From Frankiales bacterium (GTDB taxonomy: Bacteria > Actinomycetota > Actinomycetes > Mycobacteriales > SCTD01): DNA of 39,069 nt. Location: contig JAODNF010000479.1 in assembly GCA_025464915.1 (NCBI GenBank), positions 1 through 39,069 on the forward strand, given 5' to 3'. How positions within the stretch are numbered: position 1 is the stretch's first letter; each line of letters opens with the position of its first letter. Below the pieces are notes generated by a model. It searched no databases. It had not been told where the DNA came from and saw nothing but the letters and a program-made list of their open reading frames with translations. The translations under genes were made by a program, and so were the position numbers. Below are positions 1-8,235 of the stretch, piece after piece.

Positions 1-1
1 G

Positions 2-601
2 GCGCCGCTCGCCCGCCTGGTGGCGCTCCGCTCCGAGGCGCCGGGCCTGGCCCGTCGTGCGGCCGCCGTCGTCGCCGGGACCGAGGCGCGGGTGCACGAG
101 GAGGACGCGCTCGTGCTCGTGGCGCTGCCGGTCGGCGGTGACGTCGAGCAGCTGGTCGCCCGCCTCGGCGGTGACGTCGTCGCCGGTGTCGCCGACGTGG
201 TCGAGGGGGCCAGCGACTGGGTGGCCGCCGCCGCTCTCGCCGCGGGAAGTGCTTGTGCTGCAAGGGATCTCGGCCTGGCCATCGGGCGCCCCGAGGACCC
301 GGCCGTGGCCGGTGAGCTGGTCGTGACCGAGGCGCAGTCGGCCGTCGCCGACCTGGTGCGCGACCTCCCCGACGCCCCGCTGCGCCGGCTGCAGGACCAC
401 GACGCGCGCGCGGGCGGAGAGCTGGTCTCGAGCCTCACGGCGTGGTGCCGGGCCGGCTTCGACGTCCCGACGGCCGCAGCCGCGCTGCACGTGCACGCCA
501 ACACCCTGCGCTACCGGCTCAAGCGGGCCGCCGAGGTCAGCGGGCTCGACGTGACGCGACCGCGGCAGCTGCTGGCGCTGCAGCTGCTCCTCGAGGTATG
601 A
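2..601 (+). CDS. PucR-family transcriptional regulator, C-terminal part (5' end probably outside the window)
   Basis: The frame is open from the window edge. C-terminal HTH 'LHVHANTLRYRLKRAAEVSGLD' is typical of the PucR C-terminal HTH. Third-position GC is strong. Confidence 0.7.
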   Translation, partial: APLARLVALRSEAPGLARRAAAVVAGTEARVHEEDALVLVALPVGGDVEQLVARLGGDVVAGVADVVEGASDWVAAAALAAGSACAARDLGLAIGRPEDPAVAGELVVTEAQSAVADLVRDLPDAPLRRLQDHDARAGGELVSSLTAWCRAGFDVPTAAAALHVHANTLRYRLKRAAEVSGLDVTRPRQLLALQLLLEV

Positions 602-611
602 CACCCCCGAC

Positions 612-2381
612 GTGAAGGAGTCCTGGCTGCAGCTGCTGCTGCGCGACGCTTCAGCCGCGGAGCTCGAGGCGCACCGCGTCGCCCTGATCGCCGCCGGCCA
701 GCAGAACGTCGACGTCGAGGCACGCGAGGCGCTGCAGCTGCACGCGCTCCTGCGCGACCGCGCGAGCCGAGCCTCCGAGCTCGCAGCCCTCTCCGAGATG
801 GCCGGTCGCCTCACCTCGGTGCGCGACCTCGACGGTCTGCTCGCCGACGTCGCCCGGCAGGCCCGGCAGCTGCTCCGCAGCGACGTCAGCTACCTCGCCC
901 TGGTCGAGGGGGACTCGCTGCGGATCCGGTACTTCGACGGCACGCTGTCACCGACGTTCCGCGACATCAGGCTGTCGCTGACGGAGGGGCTCGCCGGCCG
1001 CATCTTCACCAGCGGCAAGGCGTCCTGGACGAACGACTACCTCAGCGACCCGTCGTTCCCGCACTCGGCGGCGGCTGACGAGCTCGCCGGCGACGAGCAG
1101 CTGAGGGCCATCCTCGGCGTACCCCTGCACGCCCGGGGGGAGACCATCGGCGCCCTGTTCACCTCCGACCGGCAGAGCCGGCCGTTCACCGACGGTGAGG
1201 TGCAGCTGCTCGCCGGCCTGGCGGGTCACGCGTCGGTCGCCATCGAGAACGCGCGGCTGTTCGACGCCGAGCGGAGCGCCGCCCAGGACCTGCGCGCCTC
1301 GGCGGCGGCGGTCGACCGCGCCATCGCGCTGCACGAGCGGCTCACCGAGGCTGCCGTGCGCGGTGGTGGCCCGGCGGCTGTGGTCTCCGCACTCAGCGAC
1401 GTGCTCGCCGTACCGGTGCAGCTTCTCGACGCCTCCGACCGGTCCCTCGCCGGGCCGGACCTCGGCGTCGAGTCCCCCTCCCTGCGGTTCGTCGACGCCG
1501 ATCGCGGCACGCTCGTGGAGGAGTCGTTCGTGCTCTGCCCGGTCGTGGCGGCGGAGGACTACCTGGGATGCCTGGTGGTCCGCGCGACCCGCACCGCCGC
1601 CGACGCCGAGGTGCGTCTGCTGGAGCGCGGCGCGCTGGGGATCGCCCTGTCGCTCGTGCAGGAACGGGCCCTCACCGACGCCGCCACCCGGTCCGCGGGC
1701 GAGCTGCTGGCGGCCCTCGTCGAGGGCGGCGAGTCCGACGTCCTCGAGCGGCGCGCCGCCTCGGTCCGCGTCGACCTCCGCATCCCGCACGTCGTCGCGC
1801 TGGTCGAGACCGACGACCCTGCCGCGCGCAGCGCCTGCGTCGATCTCGCCCGTCGCCACGGTGGCCTGGTCGTCGATCGCGCCGGCCGCACGCTCCTGCT
1901 GGTCAAGGACGGCGTGGACCTCTCCGGTCTCGCCGGTACGGCCACGATCGGCGTCTCCCCTGCCGTGACCGGTGCCGCGGCGATGCCGGGCGCCCTGGCA
2001 TCGGCGCGTCGGTGCCTGTCGGCGCTGCTGACCCTTGGCCGGCGCGGCGTGGTCGGTGGCGCCGCCGAGCTGGGCGTCTACCGGTTCCTGCTGGCTGCCG
2101 GCGGTCCCGACGAGGCCGCGGAGTTCGTCGAGCGCACCATCGGCCCGCTGCTGCTCCACGACGAGGCCCGCGGCACCGAGCTGGCCCGCACCCTCGAGGA
2201 GTACCTCGCCTCAGGACGACAGCACTCGGCCACGGCCGAGCGACTGCACATCCACCCGAACACCCTCTACCAGCGGCTCACCCGGATCGGCGCCGTCCTC
2301 GGGGAGGGCTGGCGTGAGCCGGACGCCGCCCTCGACCTGCACGTGGCCCTGCGGCTGCACCGCCTCGCCGCGACCCTGTAG
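612..2381 (+). CDS. GAF-domain / PucR C-terminal HTH transcriptional regulator (589 aa)
   Basis: GAF-like block 'VSYLALVEGDSLRIRYFDG...GLAGRIFTSGKASW...LGVPLHARGETIGALFTSDR...AIENARLF'. C-terminal 'AERLHIHPNTLYQRLTRIGAVLG' PucR-type HTH. GTG start 10 nt after the upstream stop. Confidence 0.8.
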   Translation: MKESWLQLLLRDASAAELEAHRVALIAAGQQNVDVEAREALQLHALLRDRASRASELAALSEMAGRLTSVRDLDGLLADVARQARQLLRSDVSYLALVEGDSLRIRYFDGTLSPTFRDIRLSLTEGLAGRIFTSGKASWTNDYLSDPSFPHSAAADELAGDEQLRAILGVPLHARGETIGALFTSDRQSRPFTDGEVQLLAGLAGHASVAIENARLFDAERSAAQDLRASAAAVDRAIALHERLTEAAVRGGGPAAVVSALSDVLAVPVQLLDASDRSLAGPDLGVESPSLRFVDADRGTLVEESFVLCPVVAAEDYLGCLVVRATRTAADAEVRLLERGALGIALSLVQERALTDAATRSAGELLAALVEGGESDVLERRAASVRVDLRIPHVVALVETDDPAARSACVDLARRHGGLVVDRAGRTLLLVKDGVDLSGLAGTATIGVSPAVTGAAAMPGALASARRCLSALLTLGRRGVVGGAAELGVYRFLLAAGGPDEAAEFVERTIGPLLLHDEARGTELARTLEEYLASGRQHSATAERLHIHPNTLYQRLTRIGAVLGEGWREPDAALDLHVALRLHRLAATL

Positions 2382-2401
2382 CCGGCAGTTCTGGGGCGGG
2401 G

Positions 2402-2824
2402 TCAGGAGCGCTGGCGGGCGCGCACGTCGTGGGAGGCCGTCCGCTGGGACGGAACCTGCGGCTTCAGCACCGACGCCACGACCTCGACGAAGGTCGCGAA
2501 GTCGAACGGCTTCGAGAGCACGGCAGAGGCGAGCGAGCGGTCAGGTGCTGACTCGAGCTCCGTCATCGGCTTGCCGGAGACGACGACGATGGGGACGTGC
2601 CGGGTGAAGGGGTCCTGGCCCAGGTGCTGCGCGACCTCCCACCCGGTCATGCCCGGCATCATGATGTCGAGCGTCACGACGTCGGGCCGGTGCGTGGCGG
2701 CGAGCGCGAGGGCCGTCGGGCCGTCCGCCGCCGTGATGACGCGATAGCCCTCCATCTGCAGCGTCACCTCGATGAGCAGGCGGATGGAGTCCTCGTCGTC
2801 GACCACGAGCGCGAGCGGTGTCAT
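2402..2824 (-). CDS. Stand-alone response-regulator receiver (CheY-like, no output domain, 140 aa)
   Basis: 'LALVVDDEDSIRLL...PDVVTLDIMMPGMTGWEV...VPIVVVSGKP...SKPFD' carries the acidic pocket, the phospho-acceptor Asp, and the Ser and Lys of REC domains. ATG at 2824 is preferred over GTG at 2878 because the 18 upstream codons lose the GC3 bias. Confidence 0.8.
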   Translation of the reverse strand: MTPLALVVDDEDSIRLLIEVTLQMEGYRVITAADGPTALALAATHRPDVVTLDIMMPGMTGWEVAQHLGQDPFTRHVPIVVVSGKPMTELESAPDRSLASAVLSKPFDFATFVEVVASVLKPQVPSQRTASHDVRARQRS

Positions 2825-2927
2825 GCCAAGGAGTGTCGGCGCGGCGAAGGTCGGACTACCTGACGAACGTGGCGTCACCCACCTGGTCGGAAGTGACCAT
2901 CCAGAGTCCGAAAAGGACCGCGATGCC

Positions 2928-3479
2928 CTACTCGCCGAGGGGGTCGCAGAGCTTGCAGGGCGTGAGACCGGGGGTCTTCGCCGTGACCGACCGGAGGTTG
3001 TCGCGCCCGTCGACGGCGACGCAGTCGGGGCGGTGGATCATCGTGCCGGTCTTGGTGGCGACCAGGTCGACGGCGGCGACGGCCGTGCCGCCGGCAGCGC
3101 GGCGGCTCTGCGGCTGGGCCTGCGCCTGCATCAGCTCCTCCATGCGGAGCAGGACCGCCTGCATCTCCTCGCGACCGGTGCGGTTCTCGCGGACGAGCAG
3201 GGTCATCCAGTACGCGAAGTAGACGAACCCGCCACCGATCACGAACGACAGGCCGAGCAGGCCGCCGGAGATCAGGTAGGGGATCTGCTCGAACAGCAGG
3301 ACGGTGTGCGAGGCGCCGTACCAGCCGAGCAGCACCAGGACGACGCCGAGCGGCAGCAGCGTGCCGCCGACGACGAGCATCCAGCGGTCGCTGAAGGAGA
3401 ACGTCGCGCGCGGCACCCGCAGCCCCTGGACGTTGGAGGCGAGCCGCTCCTGGCGCAGGTCGGCGTCGATCGTGGTCAT
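2928..3479 (-). CDS. Membrane protein (3 predicted TM helices) with a C-terminal His/Cys3 zinc-knuckle-like motif (183 aa)
   Basis: Hydrophobic segments 'WMLVVGGTLLPLGVVLVLLGWY', 'IPYLISGGLLGLSFVIGGGFVYFAYWMTLL'. C-terminal 'HRPDC-x22-PCKLCDP'. The ATG at 3479 overlaps the upstream stop (ATGA), with a GAGGAG SD 5 nt upstream. The longer GTG 3500 start has poor GC3. Confidence 0.75.
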   Translation of the reverse strand: MTTIDADLRQERLASNVQGLRVPRATFSFSDRWMLVVGGTLLPLGVVLVLLGWYGASHTVLLFEQIPYLISGGLLGLSFVIGGGFVYFAYWMTLLVRENRTGREEMQAVLLRMEELMQAQAQPQSRRAAGGTAVAAVDLVATKTGTMIHRPDCVAVDGRDNLRSVTAKTPGLTPCKLCDPLGE

Positions 3480-4819
3480 CGGTTCTCCTCGAGGGGGCAC
3501 ACGGGTGGGACGGCTTCGAGCACCTTGTCAGGAAGTCGCTTGAAGCCAAAGGCCATCAGGCCGACACCGACCAGCCCGAGGATCGGGAGGAACGGCGAGA
3601 GCCCGCCGTAGAGGGGCTTGGAGGACGCGGCGGCCGAGGTGCCGGGGTCGGCCACGATCGGCGGAGCGCCGGTCGTCCCGCCCGTCGTGGGAGGCACGCC
3701 GCCGGTCGTGGTCGGGTCGCCGGACAGGCCACCAGTGCCCCCGGACGTGGCGCCTGTGGTGGTGCTGCCCGCCGTCCCTCCGGTCGTGCCGATGCTCGTG
3801 GTGCCGCCGGTGGTGCCACCCGTCGTGCCCCCGACGTCGAAGCCCGGAACGCTGGTCGCCGTGACGTTGGCACCGCCGAGCGAGATGGTGAAGCTGTAGC
3901 CGGCCTGGGGCGCGAAGACCGCGACCAGGCTGCCGGAGGTGTAGGAGACGCCGGCGCCGACGGGCTTGCCCTGCGGCTGGCTCACCCGCAAGGTCAGGCC
4001 GGCGTTGGTCAGCGCGCTGTTGACCTGCGTCTGGAGGGCCGCGAGCGCGACCCCGCTGCCCTGGACCGTCACGCCCTGCTCGTCGATCGCGACCGGGACG
4101 CCGGCCACGGTCGCGCCGGTCACCACCGTCTTGCCCTTGACCGTCGCGACCTTGCCGTTCGTCGTCGCGGTCGCCTCGGAGGTGACCGAGCCGATGTGCA
4201 CGACGGTGGCGAGCGTGATGTCGGAGACGCTGCTCTTCGCTGTGGAGGCCGCCGCTGCGGGGCCGGTGAGGCTCGTCTTGCTGCTCGTCACTGCGGGGCC
4301 GAAGGTGCCGACCGGCGCGGAGACGCTGTCCACGTGAGCGTCGGCGGACGTGGCAGTCGCCTTGGCGGTCGCCGACATGGACGAGCCGGGCACGGAGGTG
4401 TTGGTGACGGTGTCGGGGGTCTGGCCGGTGCGGACCTGGGCCCGGACCGGCGTGTTCAGCGCCGTGGCGGACGGCGGGATCTGCCCGTTGCTCGCGGTGA
4501 TGAGCAGATCGCCGAGATCGGCGGCCAAGGCGCCGGGCCACGCGACGGAGGCCAGAGCGGATCCTGAGGGACCGTTCTGGAGGGACGAGGTCGCCTCCGG
4601 CAGCGCGCCCTCGCAGCCGTTAGCGGCAGCGGTCGTGACGTAGCAGAAGTTCGGCTCGCCGACGCGGACCTGCACGCCCTCCGCGAACCCGTTCAGGGCG
4701 TAGGACCCGAGGCCCGAGCCCGGGGTGCTGTCGACAGCACCGGCCTGCGCCATCGGCAGGATCGCGGCGCCGACGCAGCCGAGCCCCGCGACGACCAGTG
4801 CGGCTCCCGAGCGCCTCAT
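3476..4819 (-). CDS. Secreted, C-terminally membrane-anchored Thr/Gly/Ser-rich protein of unknown function (447 aa)
   Basis: Signal peptide 'MRRSGAALVVAGLGCVGAAILPMAQAGA'. (GGTT)n-like linker 'GGTTGGTTGGTTSIGTTGG...'. C-terminal TM 'LSPFLPILGLVGVGLMAFGF' followed by KR. Start overlaps the LivF-type stop (ATGA at 4816-4819). Confidence 0.75.
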   Translation of the reverse strand: MRRSGAALVVAGLGCVGAAILPMAQAGAVDSTPGSGLGSYALNGFAEGVQVRVGEPNFCYVTTAAANGCEGALPEATSSLQNGPSGSALASVAWPGALAADLGDLLITASNGQIPPSATALNTPVRAQVRTGQTPDTVTNTSVPGSSMSATAKATATSADAHVDSVSAPVGTFGPAVTSSKTSLTGPAAAASTAKSSVSDITLATVVHIGSVTSEATATTNGKVATVKGKTVVTGATVAGVPVAIDEQGVTVQGSGVALAALQTQVNSALTNAGLTLRVSQPQGKPVGAGVSYTSGSLVAVFAPQAGYSFTISLGGANVTATSVPGFDVGGTTGGTTGGTTSIGTTGGTAGSTTTGATSGGTGGLSGDPTTTGGVPPTTGGTTGAPPIVADPGTSAAASSKPLYGGLSPFLPILGLVGVGLMAFGFKRLPDKVLEAVPPVCPLEENR

Positions 4820-5526
4820 GCCGCGCCGCCCAGGTAGGCCTCGTTGACGAAGTCCGCGACGTCAGCGGGCTGGCCGACCATCGCGATGCGTCCGCCCGTC
4901 ATGACCGCGGCGTAGTCGGACACGGCCAGGGCGGTCCGGGCGAACTGCTCGACCAGGAGGATGCTGATGCCCTCCTGGGCCAGCTGCCCGACGAGCTCGT
5001 AGAGCTCGGACACGATCTTGGGCGCGAGCCCCATCGAGATCTCGTCGAGCAGCAGGATGCCAGGATCGGCGACGAGGGCACGGGACATCGCAAGCATCTG
5101 CTGCTCACCGCCGGACATCGTCCCTGCCAGCTGGTTGCGCCGCTCACCGAGGCGGGGGAAGCGCGCGTAGGACTTCTCCTGCACCTCGCTGGTGGAGAAC
5201 GGCGAGGAGTAGGTGAACATGCGGAGGTTCTCGTTGACCGTGAGGTTCGGGAAGATCCCCCGCCCCTCGGGGATGCGGCAGACGCCGGCCTTCGCGAGGT
5301 TCTCCGGAGCGACCCGGTTCACGTGCGAGCCGGCGACGTGGATGCAGCCCGCCGTCGGGCGGACGTAGCCGGACGCGACGAGCATCGTCGTGGTCTTGCC
5401 GGCTCCGTTCGGGCCGAGCAGCGCGTAGACGGTGCCGGCGGGGACGGACAGCGAGACGTCGTGCAGGACCTCGATCCGGCCGTAGCCGGCGCTGATCCCC
5501 TTGAGCTCGAGTGCGGGGGCGGCCAT
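4816..5526 (-). CDS. Branched-chain-amino-acid-type (HAAT family) ABC transporter ATP-binding protein, LivF-like (236 aa)
   Basis: Walker A 'GPNGAGKTT', 'IPEGRGIFPNLTVNENL', signature 'MSGGEQQMLAMSRAL', Walker B 'ILLLDEISMGLAP', 'LLVEQ'. The ATG at 5526 overlaps the upstream stop (ATGA). The 453-aa track ORF is an out-of-frame extension. Confidence 0.9.
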   Translation of the reverse strand: MAAPALELKGISAGYGRIEVLHDVSLSVPAGTVYALLGPNGAGKTTTMLVASGYVRPTAGCIHVAGSHVNRVAPENLAKAGVCRIPEGRGIFPNLTVNENLRMFTYSSPFSTSEVQEKSYARFPRLGERRNQLAGTMSGGEQQMLAMSRALVADPGILLLDEISMGLAPKIVSELYELVGQLAQEGISILLVEQFARTALAVSDYAAVMTGGRIAMVGQPADVADFVNEAYLGGAA

Positions 5527-6317
5527 CAGTCCTCGGCTCCCAGGTAGGCGGCTTGCACCGCGGGGTCGGCCTGCACGTCCTTCGGGAAGCCGACGCTGAT
5601 GATGCGCCCGAAGTCGAGCACGTGGATGCGGTCGCAGACGCGCATGACGAGATCGACGTCGTGCTCGACGACGAGCACGGCGATGCCCTCCTGCGCGAGG
5701 TCGATGAGAAGGTCGCCCAGCGCCTCGGACTCGGCCATGTCGAGGCCGGAGGCGGGCTCGTCGAGCAGCAGCACCCGGGGGTGCGTCGCGAGGCCGCGGC
5801 CGAGCTCGACGAGGCGGGCCAGGCCGGTCGGCAGCATGTCCACGCGCTCGTGCTGCACGTGCTGCAGCCCGACCCGCTCGACGATCTGGTCGGCGACGGC
5901 CCGCGGGTTGCTCTTGTCCTTCGACCAGCCGCGGCGGAACTCGGCAGCGGCCAGGATGTTGTCGCGCGCCGTCAGGGTCCCGAAGACCTCGAGCCGCTGG
6001 AAGGTGCGGGCGAGTCCCTTGCGGGCCCGCTTGTAGGGCGTCAGCCCGCTGACGTCCTCGTTGCCCAGGAACACCTTGCCGCTGGTCGGCGCCTCCAGGC
6101 CGGTGATGACGTTGAAGGTCGTCGTCTTGCCGGCGCCGTTGGGCCCGATGAGGCCGGTGACCTGACCCGCGAGGCACGCGATGGTCGCGGCGCTCACAGC
6201 CTGCACGCCACCGAAGCGGACCGAGACCTCGTCGACGTAGAGCGCGACCTCCGGATCCCGAGGGTCGTACTGGTGGTCGATGTGCGGGACGTAGGTCTCC
6301 AGATCAACCGTGGACAA
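5526..6317 (-). CDS. HAAT-family ABC transporter ATP-binding protein, LivG-like (263 aa)
   Basis: 'RFGGVQAV', Walker A 'GPNGAGKTT', 'LARTFQRLEVFGTLTARDNI', Walker B 'VLLLDEPASGLD', 'VVEHDVDLV'. TTG start at 6317 is preceded by a GAGGAGG SD (+ strand cctcctc 6324-6330). Confidence 0.9.
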   Translation of the reverse strand: MSTVDLETYVPHIDHQYDPRDPEVALYVDEVSVRFGGVQAVSAATIACLAGQVTGLIGPNGAGKTTTFNVITGLEAPTSGKVFLGNEDVSGLTPYKRARKGLARTFQRLEVFGTLTARDNILAAAEFRRGWSKDKSNPRAVADQIVERVGLQHVQHERVDMLPTGLARLVELGRGLATHPRVLLLDEPASGLDMAESEALGDLLIDLAQEGIAVLVVEHDVDLVMRVCDRIHVLDFGRIISVGFPKDVQADPAVQAAYLGAED

Positions 6318-8232
6318 GGGTGGCCTCCTCGTACGACGGGGCGGCGGGGGTCGACGACGAGCCGAACTGCTGGCGCAGCCTCAGCCCGAGCTTCGACACC
6401 TGGCCGCCGAGGCCGTCGGGGTCCCGGCCGATGCTGATGGCGGCGATGCCGGTGAGCAGGAAGGTCAGCTGCACCTTGTCCGGCAGCGTGACGCCGAAGT
6501 GGCCGAGGATCTGCGGCATCTCCGGGAAGAGCCCGATCGTGAAGGCGCCGAACAGCGCGCCGGTGATGGTGTTGATGCCGCCGATCCGCAGCGCCAGCAG
6601 CAGTGCGAGGGACCCCAGCACGTCGAACTGGGACGGCGTGATGATCTCCTGCTGAGCGCCGAACATCGCGCCGGCGACCCCCGCGATGCCGGCGGACGCG
6701 GTGAAGACCACGACCTTGGTGATGGTGGTGTTGACGCCGAGCGTCGCGCACGCGGCCGGGGAGTCGTTGAGGGCGGTGAGCTGGCGACCCCATCGCCCGC
6801 GGCGGACGGCGAGCACACCGATGGCAGCCACGACGAAGACCACGACGGTGAGAAAGAAGAAGGTCTTCTCGGAGGAGGTGTCGATGAGCGGCAGCTCAAA
6901 GCGCTTCAGCTGCAGCGACTGGCCGCTGCCCAGCTTGAAGTTGAAGAAGCCGACGTCCATGCCCTTGGCGAAGGCGAAGGTGGCGAGGGCGAGGTAGAGG
7001 CCCCGCAGGCGGGCGGTCACCAGCGCGACGAGCATCCCGGCAGCCGCAGCGAGCAGGCCGCCCCACACCAGGCCCAGTGGTGAGGTCCCGGAGTGCGCCA
7101 TCGCGAAGGCGCCGAGCCCGAAGAACGTGAGGACGCACAGCGACGTCTGCCCGCTGTAGCCCGTGAGCAGCACGAGGGACAGCAAGGACAGCGCGGAGAT
7201 GAACATGCCCCCGGCGATGAGCAGGTTGGCCGAGGACAGCGCCGACGCCAGGGCGATCGCGAGCACGATCATCACGCCGCCCCCGGCGAGCGACTGGCGG
7301 AGTCCGGGCACGGTCGGGGCGACCCGGCCCACCGTCGTCGCGGTGCGCAGCCGGGCGCTCGGGAGGAAGAGCAGCAGCACGCCGAGGAAGATCATCGGCA
7401 CCGCCTTCTCGAGCTGGCCGAACGTCGTGCTGAAGGGCAGATGGGGCGCGACGTAGACCGGGTAGTAGCTGACGAGCAGCCCGAGGAGCAGGCCGCCGAC
7501 CGCCGTGCGGGGCAGGCTCTTCAGCCGTCCGAACAGGGCCGCGGCGTAGCCGTTGATCACGAGCAGGGTGAGCTGCAGCGCGCTCATGCCGACCTTGGGT
7601 GCGACCAGGATGCCGGCCAGCGCCGCGAGGCCGGCGCCGATCGCCCAGGAGAGCTGCTGGATGCGGGCCGGCGAGGCACCCGACATCGCGCACAGGTCGG
7701 GGTCGTCGACGACCCCGCGCATCGCGATGCCGATCCGCGTCGTGGAGAACAGGAAGCGCAGCCCGATGGCGACGCCGACGGCGGCGAGCACGATGATGAT
7801 CTGGCCCCAGGTGACCACGACGCCACCGATGTCCACGGGCTTCCAGGAGGCCAGCAGCTCCGGCAGGACGCGGGTCTGGCCCTGGTCCCAGAAGTAGTTC
7901 GCGGCGCCGAGGAAGAACAGCAGCAGGCCGAGCGTGATCACGAGGGTGACGTCGACCGAGGCGCCGTGCAGCGGTCTCATGACGATGCGCTCGATGGTGG
8001 CCCCGAACAGGGGCGCGAGGACCAGCAGCACCACGGGCAGGGCCAGCAGGACGGGCCAGTGCCACTTCACCGTGAGCTGCCAGTAGCTGAAGGCACCGAG
8101 CATCCCGATCGCGCCGTGCGCGAAGTTGAAGATGCCGGAGGTGGTGTAGGTGACGACCAGGCCGGTCGCGGTCAGCGCGTAGACGCATCCGACGACGAGG
8201 CCGACAACGGTCAGCTGGAGCAGCTGGTCCAT
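6304..8232 (-). CDS. Fused LivH-like + LivM-like ABC permease (642 aa)
   Basis: N-terminal half 'GLVVTYTTSGIFNFAHGAIGMLGAF...IAMRGVVDDPDLCAMSGASPARIQQLSWAIGAGLAALAGIL' (LivH type). C-terminal half 'LTGYSGQTSLCVLTFFGLGAF...ALNDSPAACATLGVNTTITKVVVFTASAGIAGVAG' (LivM type). Hydrophobic throughout. Confidence 0.9.
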   Translation of the reverse strand: MDQLLQLTVVGLVVGCVYALTATGLVVTYTTSGIFNFAHGAIGMLGAFSYWQLTVKWHWPVLLALPVVLLVLAPLFGATIERIVMRPLHGASVDVTLVITLGLLLFFLGAANYFWDQGQTRVLPELLASWKPVDIGGVVVTWGQIIIVLAAVGVAIGLRFLFSTTRIGIAMRGVVDDPDLCAMSGASPARIQQLSWAIGAGLAALAGILVAPKVGMSALQLTLLVINGYAAALFGRLKSLPRTAVGGLLLGLLVSYYPVYVAPHLPFSTTFGQLEKAVPMIFLGVLLLFLPSARLRTATTVGRVAPTVPGLRQSLAGGGVMIVLAIALASALSSANLLIAGGMFISALSLLSLVLLTGYSGQTSLCVLTFFGLGAFAMAHSGTSPLGLVWGGLLAAAAGMLVALVTARLRGLYLALATFAFAKGMDVGFFNFKLGSGQSLQLKRFELPLIDTSSEKTFFFLTVVVFVVAAIGVLAVRRGRWGRQLTALNDSPAACATLGVNTTITKVVVFTASAGIAGVAGAMFGAQQEIITPSQFDVLGSLALLLALRIGGINTITGALFGAFTIGLFPEMPQILGHFGVTLPDKVQLTFLLTGIAAISIGRDPDGLGGQVSKLGLRLRQQFGSSSTPAAPSYEEATLVHG

Positions 8233-8235
8233 CCG

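Noticed and set aside
2825-2878. Longer GTG start (2878) for the receiver protein, and GTG 3500 for the membrane protein.
   Set aside because: The extra codons are rich in A/T-ending codons, unlike the gene bodies. For the membrane protein they also contain the SD for the downstream ATG.
4816-6177. Track ORFs with long N-terminal extensions: 4816-6177, 16583-18622, 18403-21465, 20625-22430, 22301-24169, 31279-32442, 36690-37706, 37394-38941, 24123-25385.
   Set aside because: The extensions overlap the preceding gene in another frame. Recognisable N-termini (signal peptides, Walker A context) and ATGA/TGATG junctions or SD sequences support the shorter internal starts used in the feature list.
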